Assembly: GCA_964016885.1 (NCBI GenBank)
Contig: OZ024744.1
Span: 83,762,001 to 83,826,000 of the forward strand
Direction: 5' to 3'
DNA: 64,000 nucleotides
Origin: Eledone cirrhosa
Taxonomy: Eukaryota
The translations under genes were made by a program, and so were the position numbers. Position 1 is the stretch's first letter, and each line of letters opens with the position of its first letter. The notes beneath the pieces were generated by a model. The model saw only the letters and a list, made by a program, of their open reading frames with translations. It was not told the origin of the DNA and searched no databases. Below are positions 1 through 11,934 of the stretch, one piece after another.

Positions 1-739
1 TGGTGACAAACACAGTGAAGGAGGCAGAGGATTTGATGCAGGATATTGAGACTGTGTTGATGAGTGTGGGGCTGAGCATGAATGAGATTAAGACAAAATA
101 TCTGGTAGAGAATGTTGAGAAGCCAGACGGGAACACTAATGTAGGCGGGGAGCCGCTAGAATTGGTTGAGGACTTCCTGTATTTGGGAGCAAAGATTGGG
201 AATACGGAAGATGATGTGGTCGAGAGGAAGACAAAGCCTGGGCGGCGTGCCACAGCTTGAGATGGGAGTAGAAGTCAGATCTTCGTAAATACCTGAAGAT
301 CCGCCTCTTCATTGCTGTAGTGGAGTCTGTGCTGCTGTACGGGTCTGAGATTTGGACACTGACCAAGAAACTCACTCAGATGGTGGATGGGTGCTACACG
401 AGAATGCTGATGATGGCTCTGAACATTAATCAGTATACACTGAGGATGAAAAACTCAGAGCTGTACGGGAGCCTCCCAAGAGTCAGCTCAAAAGTGACAC
501 AGGGGTGACTGAGGTTAGCTGGACATTCTGACCGACATCTAGAGTTGGCACTGCACTCAGTGTTCCTGTGGGAGCCCCTGCATGGACACACTGGAAGAGG
601 AAGACCAAGGTTAACATATGTTGATTCCCTAAGGAGAGACACTGGTCTGATAGAGACGCAGGACATGGCAGTGATAATGAGAGACAGAGATCGCTGGAGA
701 GAACTCGTCCATGGATCTCGCGAATTTTACCCGCCCTAG
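1..739 (+). mobile_element. RTE-clade LINE, 3' part of degenerate RT ORF ending directly in a (TAGA)n tail
   Basis: ORF pieces GLSMNEIKTK..VEDFLYLG, ESVLLYGSEIWTLTK, RGRPRLTYVDSL..DRDRWR are typical of the RTE C-terminus. Stops and frameshifts are present. The stop codon is the first TAG of the tail. Confidence 0.8.
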
Positions 740-1026
740 ATAGATAGATAGATAGATATACATAGATAGATAGATTTGTCTGTAACAGTGAGTGAAGGAG
801 AGTCTGTGTCCGTGTGTATGTGCGTGTGAGTGGTGCCTGTGTGTGAATTTACATATAAATATATATATATGTACAGATACGTGCATACAATATATATACA
901 TGCATTCATATATACATCCATGCATACTTACAGACATATATACATACATATATGCATACATACATACATACATACATACATACATACATACATACATACA
1001 TACATACATACATACATACATACATA
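737..1026. repeat. (TAGA)n tail followed by (TA)/(TACA)n microsatellite
   Basis: Direct inspection. Confidence 0.9.
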
Positions 1027-2080
1027 CTACTATTTATTGTGTGAGCTAGAGTGCTATTTTGGAAATGTCAGAAAGATTACCTTAGGAAAATGCGTCGTAG
1101 TGGAAGCTCTGTAATATTATCAGAGGTCGGTTTTTGGTGATGTGTTTTGTGTTGTTTTGTATTGAAATGTCGATATTTTAAATGCTAGAACTGTGTGTTA
1201 TGTTGTACTACTGTTGATGTATTATAAAGCATCAATATTTCAGTGTTATGTTTTAGTATTAATGTATTACAAGGCATTCATATTTGTGGTAGTAATGAGC
1301 GTTCTTTATTAGTTACATAGATGTGATGTTACTACAACACTGTTACACATAACAAAACTGTGTTGTTGTCTTTTTTATTTTTTATACAGCTTGTTTTCTG
1401 CGTTTGTCCAAAATCAATGTAACCTGTAGCTAAATGAACGTTGTTTCATATTTTATTCAATATTGTAATTATTAGCAAATACTTCGCCTTCAACCTTTGA
1501 CCATTGCTATTGTGTATTTTACATCAATAATCGAACAGTTTAGTCCTATCTTAACTGGTGGAAAATATATCTGTAGATTTCCCACTAATGAACATTTGTT
1601 TTGCATTCATTTTTATCGTGCATAACGGGATACTTTTGTGAGTATGTCTGAATTTGTGGAAAATTGTGCATATATATATATATATATGTATATATACACA
1701 CATGTATATATATACACACACATACATATATATATACACACCGACACACACACACATACACACGCGCGCATATATATATATATATATATACATTATCTTT
1801 CTTTTTTAATAATATGAATTATTCCAAAAATTAAAAACAAGCTGCAATGCTGAAATTTATATATCAACAACGGGGAAAATTACATATTGAACTTTAGACG
1901 AGTCTTGCTTATCTTCTTACAATACAGTTTACAGGGGAAAATTTCCGGAGAAAATGCGTGTTACTTTTTCGCCTGAAAACCCAAACTTTTCCTGTTTACG
2001 TCTTTGTCATTTTACATATATATGTATGTATGCTTGTATGTATGTTTGTGTGTATGTTTGTATGTGTGTATGTATGTATG

Positions 2081-2424
2081 TTCTGGTTTTATAATTTCAC
2101 AAATGTTTACCAATAGAGAAAGAGTCGGTTTCTAACATAGACACAAGACTCTCTCATTGGAATTTACACAACATTAACTAGGTAGATTATGTATGCATGG
2201 ATGTTATTGTATGTGTGGATGTGTATTTTTGAGTTGTATGTGTGCATGTGTGCATGTGTAAATGCTTTGTATCTGTACATGTGTATATGCAGTTATTAGA
2301 TGTAAACTTTTTGGAAGGTTTTACATATTTTTACTGTTCCATTAATGGATTGTACTCCTAATTTCCTAACTAGTTGTGTTATTTCTGTTCCTGTGAAGCC
2401 TAGCTTCTCAAGATTTGTATTGAT
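2081..2424 (-). mobile_element. 5'-truncated 3' end of the R4/Dong-like element (same family as 11935-16600)
   Basis: Reverse complement matches 16338-16600 (tcaatacaaatcttga..ctagttaggaaa..gtacaatccattaatggaacagtaaa). It continues into a longer 3' UTR and then CATA repeats. Confidence 0.8.
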
Positions 2425-2429
2425 GTATG

Positions 2430-2752
2430 TTCTTCTAGTATTATAATTTCACAAATGTTTACCAATAGAGAGAGAGAGCCGGTGTTTAAAGTTACAAGAC
2501 TCTCTCATTGGAATTTACACAACATTAACTAGGTAGATATGTATGTATGCATGTATGTGTGTGTACAGATTTGGATGTTATTGTATGTGTGGATGTTTTG
2601 AGTTATATGTGTGCATGTGCATATGTCGTGTATCTGTAAAAGTGTATATGTAGTTATTAGATGCAGAATTTTTGAAATGTTTTACATATTTTTACTGTTC
2701 CATTAATGGATTCTACTTTTTTATTGTACTTTCCTAACTAGTCGTGTTTTTC
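2430..2752 (-). mobile_element. Second 5'-truncated R4/Dong-like 3' end, head-to-tail with the first
   Basis: Diverged direct repeat of about 2081-2380. Confidence 0.8.
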
Positions 2753-3149
2753 TATGTGTGTATGTATGGATGCGTGTATATATTTATGCATATACATATG
2801 TATGTTTTTCTTTGAACTCTAAGTTCTTTACAGAATTCAAGTGAGCCACAAAGTGACAAAGCATTTAATTTTATAACAGTCAAGACAACTCTATATATTT
2901 TTTAATTGGTCTGGGTTAGTATTTTCATATATGTAGTTCTATATACTTGTACTTATATCTCGTTTATACTAGGGCCTTTGTGTCTGTGTTTGTGTGTATG
3001 TATGCATGCGTGTCATATGCATGCATGGGTAATATTGTTATTCATTCCAGGAAAATCAAATGGGAAACCTTTGGAAGGGCTTGCAAATATTCACTGTACC
3101 GCTTACAGATTAGATTTCTAAGATGCTAACTGGCTTTTAAATCTACTGT

Positions 3150-3238
3150 TACACACACACACACACACGCATCACGCACACGCACACACAGAGATACATA
3201 CATGCATACATACATACATACATACATACATACATACA

Positions 3239-3271
<33 letters not shown>

Positions 3272-3400
3272 GCGCACATACATACATACGCACATACATA
3301 CATACATACATACATACATACATACATACATACATACATACATACGCACATTCATACGCACATACATACATATACATAGATACATACATACATATACATT
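3150..3400. repeat. (CA)n/(TACA)n microsatellite
   Basis: Direct inspection. Confidence 0.9.
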
Positions 3401-4954
3401 TAATGATCAGATTTTCTTCTTCAAAACAATGATCGAATGTGTAATAGAAATACAAATATAATATGCACCATATTTAGACGATTGTGGCGGATAACGTTTT
3501 ATGTTGTTAATCATAGCAAGTGACACCAGTAGCTATCGCTTGGGAGATGTCATACTAAAATATCCTTGCAATGATTCAGTGTGAGAAGCATAACATAAAC
3601 CGATGATAGAAACGGCTTTAAAAATACTATATATTAGGTATATCCTCCTAAAACGTAGAAAGAAATTGAAATCTTTTTCAGAAGCTGTATCATAATTTTA
3701 CACATAAAATGTGTTGTATATAATTTTGAAAATGTTTTATTTTCAAAAGAATAAAAATTTTGATTAAAGTATTTCAAATATCGATTTTTCTTCATTTATA
3801 TATATATTTTTTTTCATTTTCATCTTTTTATTCGTTTTTTTTTATAATTAGATATAATTGGTGAAATTATTTAAATAATTTATGTTTGTGCAATAAAGTT
3901 TTTCAACAATAAAACTTTAATTCTCACAACAAAAGTATTCTTTATATTCTAGGTAAAGTTGCGAATTTTAACTGACAGCAAATCAAACAATGAAGGCAAC
4001 TATGCCATGGCTATAATGTAATGAAATATATTAATTTTCATATATTTCTATTTTTTTCTATTCCATTCTTTTCTTTTTATATCATTCGTCCATATTTTTT
4101 ATTTTTCCATCATTTTTCTTCTGTTTGTTCGTTCTTTATCGTCTCCCTTTGCTCTTGTTTTTCCATTGCACTCTTTCTATTCTCACTAGTTGTCTGTTTC
4201 TAATCCTCAAGAGCATCACAATGTGATACAGATGTAGCCATTTGAAGTAATTGTCTTCTCCTTTCACTTGAACTTTGACCCAACTGACAATTTCGAACAG
4301 TAAAGAATTTTTTTTAAATAAGTTTTTAAAAGCTAGCATTGAGATATTCGGAGTAGCAGGCTGCAGTTAGGTCATCTTTCGCGCGAGAAGAACATAAAAT
4401 CTCATTAATTGTCACATCATTTACTCTTGCAGGTATTGCTTCAATTATATAGACCGTTAAAATTGAACCACAATATAATAATAAATGGAAGAACGTTTCA
4501 CGATTTCGCCATTATAAACAAATAAATAAATATATAATAGCTGTATGCTGTTCATCTTTTAACTAAATCCATTATTTGCGACATATTCTGACTCATTTGA
4601 AAGGAATTACTTTAAGATTACGATAATAATTCCGAAATTATTGCCTTAGCTAAGTTCATTGATTTTCCTTGACTTCCTCTCTTTGTGGCACAATTTTTTA
4701 TAACAGCCGTCTTAATGTTAAGATGACTTAGAATGAAAGTTCTGTTTTTAACGTTTAAGAAGATCATTGATAACATGTTGGGTCCTACGTTACTTTCGAC
4801 GATGAGCATCTCAGTCTCTCGATCAACTGAACGTTCGCCTCCTGTATTAACATATAAGTGACTGAATATTCGACGGTCACACAACATCAGAGAGATTTAA
4901 AATGACAAAATATGCGACAAATCTGGACCTTTACATTGCAGATAAAATGACGGA

Positions 4955-5110
4955 CTTCTATCCAGTTTCAAACTACAAACTTCCACTCACAAAAGTTTAG
5001 TCAAAACAAAGTAATGATAAAGACATTCACCTAAAGAGCCACGAAGACGGATCAAGTCCTTGAACTCATGACTGCAAAATGAACTTCTTTATCACTCAAC
5101 CATTCCTGCG
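4955..5110 (-). mobile_element. Degenerate tRNA-derived SINE (second family)
   Basis: Reverse complement begins gcaggaatggttgagtgataaagaag..gagttcaaggac (A/B-box-like). It resembles, from memory, the abundant octopus tRNA-SINE. Heavily decayed. Confidence 0.45.
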
Positions 5111-5344
5111 TTCACAAAGAGATCATTAGGCGTTCACTGCCTCGCATAATTAACTCTCTGAATAACGGTTGAAAATACAGGCATTAAAGATACATATCTA
5201 GGTGAATAAACTTTTTAGTCGCATATACTTGTTAACTGTTCATATTGATGGACTTATTTAGTAAAGTCAGAAGATAACAATTCATCTTTAATATCAAGTA
5301 ATTAAAGACATGATCTCTAGCTTTTGTGTTGTAATATATATACA

Positions 5345-5509
5345 TAATAGGTAGAGGGTCGGATATGCTTTCTAGCATAGTTACGTCCCTTTATGATCTG
5401 CGTTCAAATCCCTCTAAGCTTACCTTTGCCTTTCATCCTTACGTGGTCGATAAAATAAAGTACCAATCATGTACTGCGTAATTGCTGGCCTTGTGCCAAA
5501 AGTAGAAAC

Positions 5510-5513
<4 letters not shown>
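5345..5513 (+). mobile_element. tRNA-derived SINE (family 1)
   Basis: B box gttcaaatcc, central gcctttcatccttacg(g/t)ggtcgataaaataaagtacc, 3' ggccttgtgccaaaagtagaaacaatt. About ten copies in the window. Confidence 0.8.
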
Positions 5514-5549
<36 letters not shown>

Positions 5550-5727
5550 GAAATATGTATAAATATATATGGTATCCCTGAAATATGTATAATGAAATAA
5601 ATATGGTTTTATAAATATAGTTTCCATTTGTTTAATATCGTATATCTACTGCAAAAACTTGTCGAGTGCTTTATATCGGTTATAAAATATTTACTTGTTG
5701 TAACCCAACAATTTTAAATAAAACTTT

Positions 5728-5778
<51 letters not shown>

Positions 5779-6417
5779 GACAACTAAAGCATCGCCAGAG
5801 CATTCATTCTGAATCTGATATTATACCACTTAAATACATCTCAATTGATAGTAATCACAGTAAGTAAGGTAATGAATACATTAGTAGAGCGCAAACATCA
5901 AATTTTACATAGAAATGGTTTCTACAGGACTAGAACTGTTTTATATAGGACGTACCTGATGATTTCTTTCGAATGAAACAGTTCTAGTCCCCTAGAAGAT
6001 ATTTCTATAATAAATATTTGATAAGGAGCAAATCACCCAGAAACAATTATCGATTGGCTTCTCTCAGCTATCGCTACGGTTACGTTGTCAAACACTGCAT
6101 GGTGGTTATGAGGCTATTTGTTTGCAAACAAACCGAATATTAATAATTGTTTCTACGTTAGGCACAAGGCCAAAACCGAATATTAATAATATTATGATAT
6201 TATTATATTATCGTTATTACTATATTATCATTATTCACTCACGAATGCATTTAGGTATCCACCATGTTAAGAGCGAAAATAAATTTTGTTTTTTTAACTT
6301 TTGGCAAAGCCGGCCGTAAAATCGCTCGTTATGCAAATGAGGCTAATCAGCCAATGTATACAGTTCAGAATACTATGTATTCTCTGCAGTTCCAATGTGT
6401 AGAAATGATCAGAATAC

Positions 6418-6463
6418 ACAATATTGATAGGGATCAAAACATTCCGAAACAATTGTCGATTGT
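6418..6463 (+). ncRNA. Near-intact type I hammerhead ribozyme, U3-A8 core with one core nucleotide missing
   Basis: ACAATA TTGATA GGGAT caaaac ATTCC GAAA CAATTG TC GATTGT. A more degenerate paralogue lies about 405 bp upstream (6012-6056). Confidence 0.55.
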
Positions 6464-6667
6464 TTTCTTTCATCTACAACTGGAACAAAAGAATGACGTC
6501 GTGATCTAAGATGTGGTGTTTATGTGGCTGTTTACTTATAAACAAACCGAATATTAATAATATTATGATGTTATAATAATTTATTAATATTCACTCACGA
6601 ATACATATATATATATATAGAGAGAGAGAGAGGTATTTTAATGTCATATGTTATATCCATAATAACG

Positions 6668-6740
6668 ATTCTATCTGATGAGCGATATCAGACGTTTCTG
6701 TGAGAATCGTCTAACTTCGCGAAACCTTGGGTAATGGAAT
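6668..6740 (+). ncRNA. Type I hammerhead ribozyme with extended stem II
   Basis: ATTCTAT CTGATGA GCGA..AGACG..CGTCT..TCGC GAAA CC ttg GG TA ATGGAAT: canonical core, all three stems pair, GUA site. Confidence 0.75.
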
Positions 6741-6949
6741 ATTGTGCTGTTTATCACATAATTAAATAGCTCTGTACTATACATAGAGCACTCTTATTTT
6801 ATTTACCATTTCCATGGAAATACTTGACACACTCACACACACGCATGCACACACACACACACACACACACACGCACGCACATACACACACGGACATATAT
6901 ATATATATGATATATATTAGGATATAATATTATTATTATTCAGTCACAT

Positions 6950-7219
6950 ATAAATATACAATGGGAGGAAACATAATAGTACGCCTGATGATGTCACAGG
7001 TGTGTGAGGAAAGAACTTTGATAGATGATATATAGATATTCATATGTATATATATATTTTTTTAACTGTTGGTCAATCAATGATAAACATTGATTGCCAG
7101 CTAAATTAACTATAGGGATGGAAAATATATGGAGGCGAAAACCAATCAAAACGAAACAGGAAGTGTGCTTTATTGTATATTTTTGGCAATATTACAACAG
7201 TAAGACCTTCCCAAATATG

Positions 7220-7225
<6 letters not shown>
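6950..7225 (+). mobile_element. Solo Penelope-like 3' tail/pLTR fragment, homologous to 49837-50160
   Basis: Aligns by eye with the reverse complement of about 49880-50160 (ggaggaaacataatagtac.., ttggtcaatcaatgataaacattga, ggcaatatt..gacc). It contains a decayed ctgatga motif. Confidence 0.6.
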
Positions 7226-7293
<68 letters not shown>

Positions 7294-7495
7294 TAGTATA
7301 AAAGAGAAAACACAGGTAAGCATTAAGAGAAGGATTTTATCCAGGTATTTTCTCTTTTATACTTTATACTCCAAGATTGAACGGAATTCTTACAAACTTG
7401 TGGAGTTACCCGTAACCGTACGTTGAAACCATCCATGAAACTGGCTTTCCAAGAACTGGATCACAATAAGCAATCTTTTGCTTCTCTAACAATAT

Positions 7496-7529
<34 letters not shown>

Positions 7530-7744
7530 CCTGTATTAACTTTTTCCCTCCGCCTATAGACATTTTCTCACTTGCTTCAAATGCGTCGGAGAAAGGATCC
7601 TTTCATCCTGAGGTGTCTCTTGGAAAGCCGATTTGCCTCACAACGATGATGCATTTTTATAATTCTCAGTTCAAGACGGATCGGCGAAACTGCTGTCGGG
7701 ATTTGAGGAAAAATAGGTATAGTCATGTATGTCCTCATATTTTA

Positions 7745-7971
<227 letters not shown>

Positions 7972-8929
7972 GATTAAAGTTTAAGCAAAGAATCGCTGCT
8001 TTCAACCTTAACGGGATCTTCTGAAACTAAAAAAAATCAATCTGTGAACGCAGAAGTAAATATTTCGAAATACGTTGCAACCGAAGGAAGACAGGAAGAC
8101 GATACTTTGGTTCGTGGAGACGTTCCCTGGCAATGAACGGAAAAAACAAAAATAATACGTCATTATGTGGAGCGGTGAGAACAATTACACGCAAATACAA
8201 AACCACGTTTATGGTATAACTGATGTTGTAGACTAAAATTCTATTTAGGAAACCGAATGATTCTCGGCTTCAGAGTTAAGAATAATGTAAATAAATTACA
8301 GAGGTTATTGAAATCAACAATAATTAAATATATACATGCACGCATCCGTAAACATACATAAACATGGTTACGCGAAAACACCCACCATGGGTATGCAAAT
8401 ATAGGCACGTACACATAAACACGCGCACACATACAAAAAACCACGCACACATACGAACGTATACACCAGATACACATAAAACATATATAAAAAATATATA
8501 TATATGCGTGTATGTGTGTACGCGTATACATATAATTATATAAACGTATATAAATATACACACTTAAATACGCATATAACGCGCGCGCACACATACCTAC
8601 ATGTAAATACACATATGTTCGCTAAACGTACGCCATCCAAAACACAATGTACACATATACACACACCCTACATACGTGCAAAACCGCATACACACACAAA
8701 CGCAAAACTCACGTATACACATAACCATATACACATGTACCAGTATATATAATATAATATATACGCCTATAACAAATACAAGCAAATATACGTACGAGAA
8801 AGTATACGTACCTTCACAAAACATACAGGTAATATATATTTACCTAAACAAATAAGTAATGGTATAACCATAACATATACATAACTACCACATCAAGACG
8901 TAAATTATCCGCGTATAGTTCGTACTATC

Positions 8930-9778
8930 CGTTAGGGTGTAATGTGGGCCTGTAATGCAGGAAAGTTTTGTGCAATTTATGTTTACAAGCCGAAAATGCC
9001 TCAGATTTTTTGTTTAAGATGTGGTCATTGGCGTAGAATATTTCCAGGGCTTCAGCGGCGGAGAGGTCACACGGTCTTTTATTTCCGTTATATGATCTAG
9101 ACTTAGCTAGGATCTCCCAGTGTAACCTATATTGGGTGTGGTTGTCTTTTAGACTCCAGATATAAGCTGAAAGTGACGTTAAGAAAAGAATGGGTATGCA
9201 TGTAAAGACGCTGCTTGAATCTATTGGAAGTTAACCCTATGTAGGCCCAACGGGACGTGGGGTTCCAACCTTACATGTGTAGACAATGTTAGTAGAGAGG
9301 CATTTCCCAGATAGGGGGCAGACATCCTGATTCCTACAATTACAGTTAGTACTAGCTACAGGGTTGCGCGTGTTCCTACGGTTATGTAATTTAGCTAAAT
9401 TTGAAGCAGTGATGTTATGTGCAAGGTTAGGAGTCGTAGAGTAAGACATTTTAATGGTATTTCTATTAAAAATGTTATTATATTTATGTACTGGGGGGAA
9501 ATGCTTCATAATAAGGGAAAGAAATATCTTAGCTAATGGTGTGGCCACCTCCATATTATATGGTAGGTTATACCATATAATGCGGCGGAATCTATTTTTC
9601 CTAGGTCTATGCTCATACCCTGTATATTGTACCTTATCGACAAATCGACTCCGAGTAAGAGCATTATTGTAATATATGGAATGGTCATTGAAAATATGCT
9701 CGTTAGTAGATAGACGGGAAAACCTCAAAGAAACGCTTCTTACCAGGTTCTTGGTTATGCTGGCAGGATTGCTAATTA
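8930..9778 (-). mobile_element. Penelope-like element fragment: RT thumb/linker plus GIY-YIG endonuclease (degenerate)
   Basis: RRIIWYNLPYN..KHFPPVHKYNNIFNRNTIKMSYSTTPNL..CNCRNQDVCPLSGKCLSTNIVY, a typical PLE linker and GIY-YIG start. Confidence 0.85.
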
Positions 9779-9779
9779 A

Positions 9780-10025
9780 TGCTGTAACTAAGGATTACCG
9801 TAAAACTAATCGGAGTGTCATGAATGATATCAACGATGTTGGGTTTAAAATCACCTCTGATCTCAACATCATGGACGACCGGACTGACCCTCTGGATCCT
9901 ATTTGTCCCCACTTTACCCTGAAGGATCACAAATCCAATTTCCCGAACAACCCCTCTGTTCGGCTTATTATCCCTACGAAGTCCGATTTAGGTAGACTTA
10001 GTAAAAGGATTTTAGATAGAACTGC
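9780..10025 (+). mobile_element. Inverted Penelope-like RT N-terminal fragment abutting the minus-strand piece
   Basis: FTLKDHKSNFPNNPSVRLIIPTKSDLGRLSKRILD is the PLE RT motif 1-2 region. Confidence 0.8.
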
Positions 10026-10292
10026 AGTATGTAAAATAAATCTCCCTCCAATTAGGTTTGAAATATAAAATAAGAATTAAAACCGATTGGTTCACTAAAA
10101 TCACTTGCTGAAACTATAGAAAATTCTTTATGGGTGTGGATGTATGGTCTTAGCGAATTACTGAACAATTCAGACATTTTTAGTTCATTTTAAACCTCTT
10201 CAGCGAAGCATATTTTACTCGGTGACCAGGACTATGTATAATCAAAATAGGGAGAAAGAAATATATATTAGCTTTGTTATTAGAAGGTTATA

Positions 10293-10505
10293 AGGGTGGT
10301 GGATTGGCAGTATCGGTAGAGGGTCGGACGCCATGCTTTGACGTATAGAGTTACAGCCCTCGCCATTCTGAGTTCAAATCCCGCCGAGGTTAACTTTGCC
10401 TTTCATCCTTACGGGGTCGATAAAATAAAGTACCAGTAATGTATTGGGTAATTGCTGGCATTGTGCCTAAAGTAGAAATAGTTATTAGAAGGTTATTATT
10501 ATTCG
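10293..10505 (+). mobile_element. tRNA-derived SINE (family 1), near full length with ATT-like tail
   Basis: A box tggcagtatcggtaga, B box gagttcaaatcc, conserved core and 3' end. Confidence 0.85.
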
Positions 10506-10799
10506 TAATATTCATTCGACTGAATAAATATTGCAATTTATACTTGCTGGTGTGTTTAGCCTGAATGCGAAAACCTATCATTGAAGTTGTTCTAATAATC
10601 ACAACTCTGTATTTATCTGTATATCTCTCGCTATTGATACTGTGCGAATCTACTTTATATTAAGAACACTGTATGTTCGTGCATCGTAATGTAGGAGGTG
10701 ACTGAAAGCGGTGGCGTCAAAAAAGACACCTGACTGTAGGAAGCCTGTCACAGAGCCAGCAAAGTTAGTCCCTAGCTTCCGAGTGAAATGGCCTTATAA

Positions 10800-10915
10800 T
10801 GCTTGTTGTTGTTGCTGTTGTTGTTGTCGTTGTTGTTGCTGTTATTGTTGTTGTTGTTGTTGTTGTTGTTTCAGCTGCTTCTGTTGCTTCTGTTGCTGCT
10901 GTTGCTGTTGCTGTA
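10800..10915. repeat. (GTT/GCT)n trinucleotide repeat
   Basis: Direct inspection. Confidence 0.85.
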
Positions 10916-11414
10916 ACTAGTGCTGAAGTGTACAATGTGACTTTACTTTCTGGAACAGTAGGATGTGGTATGACGAGTTTTATCTGCTATATTTAGCACA
11001 TGTGACGTTCATTAAAATGCTCTGTGTTGGTTCGTTTCTATAGATTGCGTTAGTCGTGTTTCTGATTCAGAAAGGCACCTTAGTATTACAAGGTTTTGCT
11101 AAAGACCACCTATTGTAAGTAAAATGATTTTATCAGTTTGCTAACACCTATAAATAGTGTTCGATAGGTGGCTGATTTCACAAATATGTAAAGAATCGCA
11201 ACTTTTGGTTTTACAAGAAATCATGAGATTTGGAAATTAAATTAAAAGTGACATGTTAGTAATTTAATGTTTTATTAAGGTTTAACCCTCACCTTAGAAT
11301 AACATATAGGTTGGTGTAATTTGTTTCCCAAGGCTGGCATATTTAGCGTAACCTTTCAACTCAAAATAACGAAACCGCGTACCCTGTATACACACGCACT
11401 CAAACACACACACA

Positions 11415-11463
<49 letters not shown>

Positions 11464-11473
11464 TATATATATC

Positions 11474-11515
<42 letters not shown>

Positions 11516-11777
11516 TATATATATGCATATATATATATATATGAATACAAGTATATAATTGTAGACCTGTATACATATTTATATATACATATGTGTGTGT
11601 GTGTATAAGTATGTATACATCTCTATAATTATATATTCCTTTAAGTATATATATGCTTAAAGAAAAGGGAAAGCAATCACCGGCCTTTGCATTGTTGTTA
11701 CTGTATGCCAGGCGCATATCCTGCTAGAAGAAGGAAAGAAACAACGTTAAATAAGTAGTATTTTCATATTCTCCTCT

Positions 11778-11917
<140 letters not shown>

Positions 11918-11934
11918 AAGTATGGGTATATAAA

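Noticed and set aside
4136-4887. Minus-strand ORFs (67 and 89 aa) as host exons
   Set aside because: No recognisable homology or clear splice structure
5927-5992. CTGATGA..GAAAC motif within a 15-bp inverted repeat
   Set aside because: Stems I and II do not pair convincingly. At best a dead hammerhead.
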